In this document: positions 50,386 through 61,363 of the stretch, piece after piece
Layout of the letters: every line of letters starts with the position of its first letter
How positions within the stretch are numbered: position 1 is the stretch's first letter
From: Marsupella aquatica
Taxonomy: Eukaryota; Plantae; Marchantiophyta
Assembly: GCA_973895155.1 (NCBI GenBank)
Contig: OZ316894.1
Coordinates: forward strand, 12,874,828 to 12,938,827
Reading direction: 5' to 3'
DNA: 64,000 nt
Position numbers and translations under genes: made by a program
The notes under the pieces: model-generated
Seen by the model: only the letters and a program-made list of their open reading frames with translations
What the model was told of the DNA's origin: nothing
Databases searched by the model: none

Positions 50386-52617
50386 TATCTCCTAGCGATA
50401 AGTTTTTGCGAATTGACTCAGTTTTTAATGGAACCTTAGAGAGAGACAAATGCAGTTGTACATGGTGTACTATTGTAGATACCGGCACATTGCCAAAGAT
50501 TTGATGCGATAGTTTTGTCAAAACCTCTTAAATAATCTTGTTGTTCACCTGGTTCCCTGATGAAATGTGCTGTATTCATGGATCTGCCAAAAGAAGTTGT
50601 GCAGCAGTCCAACAATTTGGAGTGGCCACGAGGCTGAAGCAGGAACGCGTGTCTTCTTTGTGCTGATAGTTTAGTGAAGTCAATTTTGTTTAGAATCTGG
50701 GAAGTGCGTATTACACTACATAGACTCGCCTATGTATGTGAAGACGTTATCAGCACAAAGATATGGCAGGTAATTAACAATGAGTGCATATAATGCAGTT
50801 TATCGGTATGTTGATGGATACGCTCCAAATCAGGAATATAACGAGATGTATTCCACTATGTGGCAGACGTTCATTCTCTTATACGGTCCAAAATCGATAT
50901 CTTTGATCATTACGGTGTGGAGCTTGAAGGCTAGACTACGGCATGTGGCTCAGCTGGAATTGATCGTGTACCACTGAGTCAGGTTGGATATATACTGAAG
51001 AACTTAAAAGCAGAAGGAAGGTTAGAGCGGGGAAAACATAGTGTCATCCATTTTCCCCGCATACGCACTGCTAAAACTCGAATTTTAAGAGCATGAGTAG
51101 GAAAACAATGAATGTAAGCTTCGTTGTAGGCATTTTGTGCTGTGGATCTGAGAGTCAGCAAGGATATGACCATTGCAAGTTAAAAGAGACCCTTCGAGGA
51201 GAGTGACTACAAATGCGTAAGAGATAGTAACTTGAGATAGGATACGAGTGGAAAGTTAGATCAGAGGGCTCTCTTGAAGAGTATACAGATAAGTGAGACA
51301 CCATGTCTCGTCCTGAAAAGGAAAGTCAACAGTCTGCTGAGCTACTCAGTCCAATCTCAGACAAGGAAAATGCTCTGATCCTTTCCAAGATGTTCTGTCA
51401 TCCAAGAGGACCCTGTATTAGTCACGAGTCAAAATCTGCAAATCCTGACGGCGAATACTTTCTACAGACCTCTTCAGAAAGAAATGTTCCCAGCTCTGAA
51501 GAGAATCGCAAGTTTGCTTAGTCTCAAATGAGGTCACGGAAGCTAAGTTTAGGAGTGGGTTCCTAAGCTCTTTTGTTAAATTTCTGAGTTGTAGGTGTTG
51601 AGACTCCCAGTTTCCATCACAACCCTTCACTTATGAAGTTTTTCAAAGCTGTAGTAATCCCAGCATTGGCTACTCGATAGAGTGGACATCATTGTCATGA
51701 CCTTTTTTACGGGCCCTCACAGTCCTACTTGTGGCTTGGATTGCAAAGTGGTTTCAGAGAGTTTGAGCCGTGGAAGAATTTTCTTGCACCATTCTGGCTT
51801 GAAGAACAACCCATAAGATAACTAAGATTGTACCATTTGAATGCTGCTTCGATAGTAAACGAATGAGGGTATGACTACCATGTGAGGAAACAGGAAAAAA
51901 TTTGCTCGTAACAGTAATTTTTTGCTGTTACGAGTAAAAAAATTCCTTGTAATGGGTGATTTTTTCATCATACCAAGGTTTGGACTTCTTGGCCGCTAGT
52001 AACAGCAAGCCTTGCTAGCAAAAACCCATCCAACAGTCTGTTCGTATTTTAATGACTAATGTTTCTTTAAGAAACCTTTCGAGTGAAGTAACTTTTTTTA
52101 AAAACAATTCGGACAATCCAAAATAGATATAAAGATCACCACCGAAGCACTTGGCAAGCAGTTTTACTTGCAATTTAAATGATGGGCCTGGAGATTGGGA
52201 GTCATCAGTATCTCAGATAAACATACAAAATTGGCACCATAACCAACTTACAAGGTTGACAGTGATTTCAGGGAGACTTGCCAACTGTAAAAAAAAGCCA
52301 AGTCTGTAAGCCATGATATTCGACCTTATCAGGGTATGTGACTGTGTCACTGAAAGTTTTCTTAGTGAGTACCAAACCAGGGTCCAAAACATCAACCTAC
52401 AAACATTTTCAAAAATATAGCTAGCGACCTCGCTAGCAAAACCAATCAACCAATGTCTGGTGTTTTATAAATAAATTAAAGGGCACTTCATATGGAGTGT
52501 AAATATCATCTCTCCCTACCAACACACAAAAACGTCTACTCCCAACAGTACTTACATATATATTAAAAACCAATGAAAACCTTATTAAAACCAAACCTCA
52601 CTCTAAGGTGGACAATA

Positions 52618-55600
52618 TCAAGCCTCAACTCCCCTTTGGATCAGATCGGAAACTTCAGCGACAGTTAAAATAGGCTGCTTGACTACATCCGAAGTCTCTA
52701 GGTTCAAATGGTAAACATTCTTGTAAACCCAAAGAATATGTTTGCAAGACATGTAAGGCTTTCCATGTGAATGCCGCTTATAGAAATCCTCACAGGAGCA
52801 ACATGGGAAGACGCACAACTGAATCCAATATTTACTAGATTTACTAGGGTTGTTTTCATGCGTCGCAATCAAAAACTGTCTTCCCCATCCGTTTCCTTGG
52901 ATGATCTTTTCACAAGCCACAATCCTCATTTGCTCTTCATTTGCAGACCGAATCCTTTTAACAAGTTCTGCAGTGAAGTTGAAACGTTGACGAGCACCCT
53001 TCCCATTTCGTGTCCTCAGTCGTCTATTCAAATAGTTTACATCAAACTTTTCTGGAAAAGAGTTAACGTCAATTTGAAGTTCCACGCGACCTGGAGGAGC
53101 AACACTGCCATCTGGTTTGCCATCTGGTTCGCAATCCATGTAATATAGACCATCAATCTGAAAACCCAAGCCAATCAAGAAGCTGATTTCAGGAGGAGTT
53201 AAGTCTGTCCCTCGAAGAACTTTTAGAGACGAGGGTACTAAAGGAAGTCGGGCAATTGACTTGCGACCCCTGGTCTTGTGGCAGACATTGTTTGGGCAGA
53301 AGTATAAGAGTTGAGGATGTGGTAAGTCATCCTCAAACCATGGATTGCAACCCCAACCACACCGCAAGACCGAGTATGATAACCTACTTCCTTGATTAAG
53401 TTTCGACACTCATCTCTTCCATAAATGGTCCGATCCATAGACCCATTGCACACTGGACCATTTCCTTTCCCGCACCGCCTTAAGTGCCAAGTACCAAATG
53501 GCACATCAACTTCATTTACCGCAGGTATTCTCCTCGGTGAAACATAAACTGGTTCCTCTGGACAAACAGGAGATACATCTCGTTGTGGCAATGGTTTAGG
53601 AATTTCCAAAGTGTCATCTCCTGAGCTCTCAGTGTCATTCCCTTCATTATCGGAAAGAAGAATCATGACGGATGGATTTGGACAACTGGAGAATGTTGAA
53701 GGATGGAGTATGCCGGAAGTTTCCTTCAACTCATCGCTCTCTTCCACAACATTGACACTCCAGAAATCAGAATATAAATTTCTTGGATTTACGCCTCTTG
53801 TCACTGCCTCCGTCTGCATCACCTTATCATGTCGATGAGAGTTTTCAGCACCAACTCTAGCCGAAGCTTGGCCTTTTTGTTTTCCAGACTTTGTGCACAG
53901 ATCTCCATGAAGTGGTTGAGTGTGATGGTAATCATATTTTGGAGATGATTCAAGCAGAAGATTGGTTGCTTTCTCAAAAGCATCAAGGGATCCTAGTGTA
54001 TCTGCATTCCTATATGCAAGTTCAAATATGGTAGGTCCATGTCCCCTGTGGCATCCTTCAATGTATGCAGCAAAGGCAGCGATCTGCCCACCAGCATGAT
54101 TTTGATCAAGCTCACAAGCTTCAAATAGTCCAATCTTCTTCTTCATTTGACAAGCTCTCATTGAACCATATACAGATTTGGCTCCAGTACAATTTGGCAT
54201 CAATGCTGACTCCTTTGCTGTTTGAGTCTGAAGTCCAGCCAAAAACAAACACAATCATTGGGAGGCACATACTTGATTTCAAGATTGCATTCATACAAGG
54301 AAAGAATGCTAGCGACATCGCTAGCCAAAAAAGATGAGTTTACTTACCAGTCTGAAGAAGTTTCCCCACTGTCGTCATCGGACAACCCACCAAGCAATCC
54401 AGCCTTGCAAAGATCTCAATTTCCTAGGGTGACAATTTCCACACTTCCACCACTCTTGAATATCGTTAGCCACCCTGTAAGCTTGAACATATGTGGCTGC
54501 ATTCCTAAATTTCTCCCACATTTGGTAATGTTTCGAGTGTTTCCCTTCACAAATTCCCTCCACAGTATGACGTCTTAGTGACTGCGAGAAATGGAATGCA
54601 TCACTATGTTCTTTCTCAGGGAGACAAACACCATCAAAGAAAACATTTCTCAGAGCGATCCATCCAGCTTCAGCATTGTCAGCCATAAAACCAGCTATGT
54701 TTACATTGGAAATACCATTCTCAGCAGCAACTTCCAACATTAAACGCCATGTAGTTTCCAGTGACTCAACATCCTTGGCTTTCAATTCACAAGTGAAGAT
54801 AGTACAAAGAGCGCGATAAGTGTGATCGTATACATGAGCACTAAAAGTTAACCAACCAGTAGTTATTCTGTGCATCACATCAAAACTCACCCAAGCTCCC
54901 ACTAAAGTTCCACCTTTTTGCATCCGATTGAGAATGTCAACTCCAGAACCGGGACCTTTGGTACTCATCTTGAATACATGAGCTCGAATGGACTTGCCAG
55001 CCTGGCCAGGGAATAGGACCCTGTAGAAATGGAAATCTCACGCGCATTTGCATGTCACGAAGCGAATCCAACTCACCTTTCTTGGGGTTCCCAATTTTAA
55101 CGCTCCGGAAAATTGCATGGAATTTTGCCGGCGAGGACACAACTTTCATCGAGTTCCACAATTCCACCTCCTCTTCTTTTGAAAGATCATGACATGCCTC
55201 AGGATGGAGAAGAGATATCAATGTACCTATTGAAATATTCTTCACACGAGAAGGGGTTGCCAAGGGATGAGCTAACTGAATGCCTTGAATAACATCTTCC
55301 GCTTTTTTTTTGCAACTCGACACTTCCCCGTTCGGATCGGATGATCATGAACAATATGCACTGCGAGTCTAGACATGTGTTTTGAGTCATGAGAGTCCAA
55401 AGTTGGCTTTGCATAAACATAAAACATCATTGCTGGACAAGGCCTGACACAATAAGGTCTCTCATCACAAAAGCCACAAACCAAACCTCATTCCAAAACC
55501 AGGTTTCCCGGCTGGAAGACATCGGTCATTAGTGATCTTCCAGGAAATGTCGCTTCATTCCTCATTCCTGACTCCTTGAACCTTGAACAATTCAAATTTT

Positions 55601-56378
55601 GACACTGCACAACACCACTGCAACGGACCTTGAAAACAGACCAGTGATTACGTGGCTTCAGGTTAGCCGAAGTAGTGACCAATCGGGTCCAAGGGTAGCC
55701 ATCATTGTCGCGGTCCATGTCGAGAAGCCCTTGATCGCGACCAAATCTTGACTCCACCGGAGGAAGCTCATATACCATGTCTCCATTGTAACTTGTCGGA
55801 AGACGATCAACTTGGACATCAACCCACGAGACATCTCTTCTAAATCTTGCCAGCTCACTTGCCCCATTAATGCTCAAAAACGCTTCAAGGGCACCAATTC
55901 TGTAGACTTTCTGAAAAAGATGGCATCCCGAAGCACTTGGAAGAGGAGTATCTACTTTCAATTCTGTAGAACAACTTCCAAAAGCAGAATTAGTACCCTC
56001 AAGAGTGGTAAACCCACAACCAAAGGCCTGGACATTCGTTCCTCTCCCCGGGGGAGAGTCCAGGTCTACAAGCACTTTTCCCCGAGGATTCTGAAAAGGC
56101 TCTGGAAAATCATCTTTGCCTGACAAAACCTCAACCACGTCTCCGGAAGCAACCTCCCAAACTCTTGCACCATGTAGAGTTCTTGAAATAAATTCATCCT
56201 TCCTTGATCCATGAAGTGAAACAAGAAAGAACAACCTCAAAATGAAATCACAGTTATTGAGCCCAAATCTTGTCAAAAGAAAGGCCTCGGTCACATTAGT
56301 GATCTTTCTCATAGATGAAACTTCAAGAGTAACAATGTCTCCAGTGCTCCGACGCCAGAAGATGATGCTCGGAGCCAT
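52618..56378 (-). pseudogene. Mutator-like DDE transposase with N-terminal GCM-like Zn domain and C-terminal SWIM finger; frameshifts and stops
   Basis: GCM-like: DGYPW...CSGVVQCQNLNC...CGFC...PCP...HDHP. Catalytic core: WVSFDVMH, GFMADNA, AFHF, with the expected E position reading GAKS. SWIM: CSCEDF...CKHILWVY. Intron ~54347-54231. Confidence 0.8.
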
Positions 56379-57777
56379 CAAATGAGGACCAAGACAAGGA
56401 TCCAAACACAAACATCATGGATGAATATATAGAATAACATTACCTAGGACAATAAAGTTTAGAATAAAAAGGACGTCCATTTTAACATTGCATATACGAC
56501 AAAACTTCAACGGCTCTAATACCTTCAAGAAATGAATTATTGCTAGCGATATTGCTGGCCTAAATTTGCTATCATAAAGAGGTCCTTATCATCCAAAGTT
56601 ATATCTGGTAATCTTCCAAAAATTGCCTATAATGTGGACAACAAGGATAGCTTGGGTTGTAGTAGGATGTTTACTGAACTTGAAGTGTACTTGGGGTATA
56701 CTATAAGGATTATTGAACTTGGAGCTTTGTGTTAAACAACAGTTTTTACTAGCAACCACGCTAGACATAATTTAGGTAACTTTTCTGTGTTTAAGGTAGA
56801 CTCTAATCTTCAACCATCTATATTTTAGTGATACTAAAATATGATTTCCACTCACAAATTGACATTAACAGAGTAGAGGATTCTAAGATGTCCCATAAAC
56901 TAAACCTCTGAGAAACCCTGAATTAGGCCAGCGATATCGCTAGCCTGAAGCACCAGAAATTTAGGGTAGACTATTATTTGGGTTTGGGGTTCAATTGAGG
57001 GATATAGAAACAAATATATGGGCTATTTGTATAGTTTACACATGAAACATTGGGCTATTAGTATAGTTGAAGTCTAGTTTGTTGACTGTTTGAAGAAGTT
57101 AGGAAAGAATTTAGGAGAGAATTAAGGGTTCATTTGAAATAACCCCACCTCACTTTTAACCTACCCCATTAGCAGTGATTTGGCCAGCGATGTCGCTGGC
57201 AAAAAACTGTCTAAATACTTGTCTCAAACAAAGTATGGAGTTTGTCCATTTTGGCCTCAACAAGACCCATAATCAGTCATCTAATGTCAAAATTATATTA
57301 CCGTTGGAAGGGTTAACTTCATTTTGAAGAGTAAATTTTATAAAAACTTTGGTTCATACTTCCATCGGCATATTTTGTTACTTTGGAGAATGGTTAGTTT
57401 CGACGGACACCCAACCCAAGTTGGTCAACTATAGAGTAATTGACTCCAACCGTTGGAGTCAAATGTACATTTCATCCGACCGAGTTGTCAGTAAGTAGTA
57501 ATTAGACTCCTTGTTAACATTAACTGATGCTTTGTTAACGTTAATTAGCACCGCTGGGATTAACATTTGTATAGCTCTCATTGACAGATCTTTGGCATGA
57601 AGGTGTTAAATACTGATATTCCCTGTCAATGTCAGATACACCGTAGATTGGGTTGCTTTGGATTTCCCCTGAAATCTTGCTTTGGATTCCTAACACATGT
57701 GACTTTGGATTCCTTTGCAAATAACTATACCAATTCCTTGCATTCCCTTCACGTGGTTCTCCTCTCTTTATCAGTCA

Positions 57778-60700
57778 ATGGCAACTTTTGCATCCCCTGA
57801 GTCTATTTCGTCTGTTGCCTCACAATCAGCTGCCTCTCAACGTCGAGAGACCAGGAGTTCTACGAGCCACAAAGCACTTGCTTTGGGGCTGAAGACTCCA
57901 AGGAGGCGAAAGCTTGTTGATCCAATGGATATTGTGCCGCCTTCGATGGATTTTGCCAAGTCAAAGCCTTTCTCAGTTGTCATTAACTGGCACCTTTACC
58001 AGTTTGGGCTGGACAAATTTGGGTATCCTCTTGTTCCCCCCCGAATTCCATTGTGTCGCATGCAGAACATGCAGCTTGTAAGGTCTCTTCAGACAGATTC
58101 GAATGCAATCGAGACTTTGAAGAATGAGTTCCGGGCTCAAGGGTACATTGAGGACGCGCCTCATTTTTATGTGCAAATGACAAATGAGAATGGGGACGTG
58201 CAGTTTCTGAATGACACAATTAGACAGAGCTGGGATCCAATGTGGTTGGCGCAGAATGAAGCTTTCGAGAGGGAGTGTGATTTGCATCCTGATTTTGCTG
58301 TGCTCAAGGATAAAATGTTTTGTGTATTTGATGGCAATCACCGTCTCTATTCGTGGAACCTACTTGCTGCTGAGAATCCTCACGATGTCAAAATATCATC
58401 CTCGAGTTGTCTCAAAGATATTCAAAGGAGAGAAATATACTTTCGTGCAGATTGAATCTGCGATGCGTGCTCTCAACCGGTGAGAAGATCTTTGACACAT
58501 TTGATGTTTTTGCTTCATTTTTGAGCATGATCTGTTCTTGCTATTTGCTGAATTCTATCCTGAATGGCAGGTTGACACAATGCCATATCAAAAATTTGTG
58601 GGTGCTCAAAGCTGATCGGGTCCATAAGATTTTGCGCACGGACCTCTCAGTTTACAAAGATTTAATTGATCCAGAGAATTTCAAGTTATTTCAGCAGAAG
58701 ATGCAAAATGTGAAGAAGCCATCGTGGTATTCGAAGCATATGACCTTAGATGCATGCATTTATATTCTTTCAGCTGCAAACATAGCTTTGCAAACTGCTG
58801 ACTTACTCAAGAAGTTTGCACTGAAGGAGGAACTTAGTGAACCTTTGTCCAAAGCTACAAAGGATATTGCAATTCGAGATATGATGAAGGAGCAACTCTC
58901 TGACTGGAATGTCAAAGTTCCAAAGTTTTCCCCGCTTCTGAATCCAGACTTTGGGGATTTCTTCAAGAAATGTGTTGAGATGCACAATTATTGTGAGAAA
59001 GAAAGGAAGGAAGCTCAGTGGACGGATGATAAGGGGAGAGGGAATGTTTTGTGTGGCCTTGATCGTGCAAGGCTTTTCACCGGGGTAACTTCTCTGAGTC
59101 CACAACTCCGTTGCACTCTTCTCGAAGCACAGTGCAGACCAGAGTTGCGTAAACAATATTTCCACCCATCTCAATTTTTGGATAGTGAGACCAAGCTCTG
59201 GTTGCATTGATGGGCAACCTGGGAACAGGTAGATTCCATTGCAAGGTGCTTATTAAGTGAAGCAATCTCTGAGATTATTCTCACTGTCCCTGAATGTAGA
59301 ATTCTTTCTTCCCCAGAGAATAGTCAGGCATCCCTCCTTGTTGAAATTGATGATGAGTTTGAGGATTTCCTGCAGCGGGTTAAGGTAAGGTTCTTTAAGA
59401 GCATCTGGAACCCGAAAGTTGGGGAAAAGATTGACATTGCTGCTTTTCGACAAAGGGCAAAAAGGTATGTTTACAGGTTTTTTGTTGATCGGGAGGTGGA
59501 AAATAGATCTTTTTGGTGGTGTTATCCGGCATGTTTCTCTCAATGGGCACAATATGCAAGAGATGATTCCGGTTGTGAGAAGTTTGGGGAGTACTCGATG
59601 TACCCTATTGAGGACATTGAACCCTTGCGGAAGATAAGTGAATGGGAGGTGCTGCATTGTCCCTGGTATTTAGATTTGGGGAATTGGTCACTAACATTTG
59701 ATGTGACAAAGAAAGTTGCGCTTCAAATTAAAGATCAAGTGGCTTGGTCCCATAAGTTTTTATTAGTGAATCTAAATTGTGCAACCCGGAAGTAGAAATT
59801 GCTGGCTATGTGTCGATGGAGCAGGCATGCCTCGGGGTGGCACCGACTGTTGATAGGAGCCGCCCTCGGAAATTGAAGAGGGATGTTGCCAAGGAGGTAT
59901 CAAAAGACGGCTCTATGCTTTCTGGAAAGAAAAGTAAGTATACTCTTATCTCTCCAAAGCTTACTTCTATTATCTCTCCCAAGCTGCTATTCTCATTAAG
60001 TTCATGACATATCCTTAGGCTCTTGGGTTGCTTTTTGTATCCAGAAAGGAGGGAGTCTTCGGGTTCCAAGAGTGTTCAGACTGTGACTAATGGTCGTCAA
60101 GAGGATCTTGTTGAGCCTGAGTCACCCGACTTTGAAATTGTGACTAAACCGGGAGGTGATAAGTTAGGGTCCCAAAGGCTGAAGAAGAAGAGAAAGGTTC
60201 AAGTGTTGTCAGATTCTGATGAGGAAGAAATTTCAATCCGAGAGGGTGTCACAAGGCTCTGTGGACTCCAGTTGGATGGAAGAAGACATTTCCTTGCAAA
60301 GAGTAATCTTAGTTTGACGGTTGACTCGATAAGTATGAAGAAGGTTTGACCTTCTTGGATGGGGGAGGGGGATCAATGGCTTTCGGAGATTTCAAGTTCT
60401 TCCAAACACCCGAATCCCTTAAAAATCAAGGGGAAGCCTTACACTGGGACCGGTGCCCATCTGGGGTTCATAGCGCTTCCGACTGGGCTGAGGCCTTGTG
60501 TTACTGATGTGGAAGTCCCCCAATGGAATGTCTGGGTTGAGAAGCTCCCTTACTATTTCTTTGGAGTGATGAGGCCCATGTTGTCTGATGATGGTTATGT
60601 GGCCGTTCTCCACAGTGGAGAATTTAACCACACAAAGCAAATTTTTGCTGCTGTTGAACAGAGGAACAAATTTAAACACCTTCGGAAGTACCATGTTTTA

Positions 60701-61363
60701 TTGGGGTCCCCAATGTGGATGCCAGACATGAACATTGAGGTGAGATTTGAGTGAAATTTTCAGGATTTAGTGTGTTGTTTTGACAGCGACCTCGCTGGCC
60801 TTCCTGGATTCATTAATTGATGTTTTTTTGTTCCTTTCCAGGTTTGCAACTTAAGCCTTGATGTCTTTTGTCGAGTTGAATTCAATGGGAAGATCCCAAA
60901 AGACCCAAAGTATGTCCCTCTGGCAACGTCTGAAGATGCATCACATAAGACGATGTTGAGTCTTTGTTATCCGAAAAGGGATACCAGGGCAGAGTTAGCT
61001 TTTTCCGGTCCTTGTCGGTTGTCTGTTGGATTCATGCAGGCTGTTATGGAGCTTCTCACAAAGCCTAGAGACATTGTGCTTGATTGGAATATTGGAGACG
61101 GTAGTTCATTTTCAGCTGGAGAACTCTCTGGGAGGTTCATTGTTGGGGTCGAGGATAGGGATGTTCTCCATGGTGCTGCAGAGAAGGCATTGAAGAGTGT
61201 TCTTGAGAGACACAAGAAAATTGAAGACCTTACTGAAACATTGGAGGAGTTCGATTCAGATGATGAATTTTCTCTTGCAGGATCAAAGAGTGGAAAAAAC
61301 AAAGATGGAGCTCCTAATGTTCCTGATGCAAAAGATGGCAATGATGAATTTGACCTGGAGTAA
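57778..61363 (+). pseudogene. ParB/Srx-like N-terminal domain fused to a C-terminal beta-class N4C/N6A DNA methyltransferase-like domain; 4 exons, disrupted
   Basis: Exons 57778-58479, 58571-59933, 60045-60739 and 60842-61363 (GT-AG). FCVFDGNHRL is the ParB GxxR motif. LGFIALPTG, MLSDDGYVAV and ELLTKPRDIVLDWNIGDGSSFSAGELSGRFIVGVE follow the IV...VI...X-I-II order of beta MTases. Frameshifts near 58390, 59460 and 59780; stops at 59208 and 60347. Confidence 0.72.

Noticed and set aside
57778-61363. Bacterial contamination or fresh horizontal transfer of a parB-MTase operon
   Set aside because: The gene has spliceosomal GT-AG introns and lies within TIR/TSD boundaries in plant DNA.
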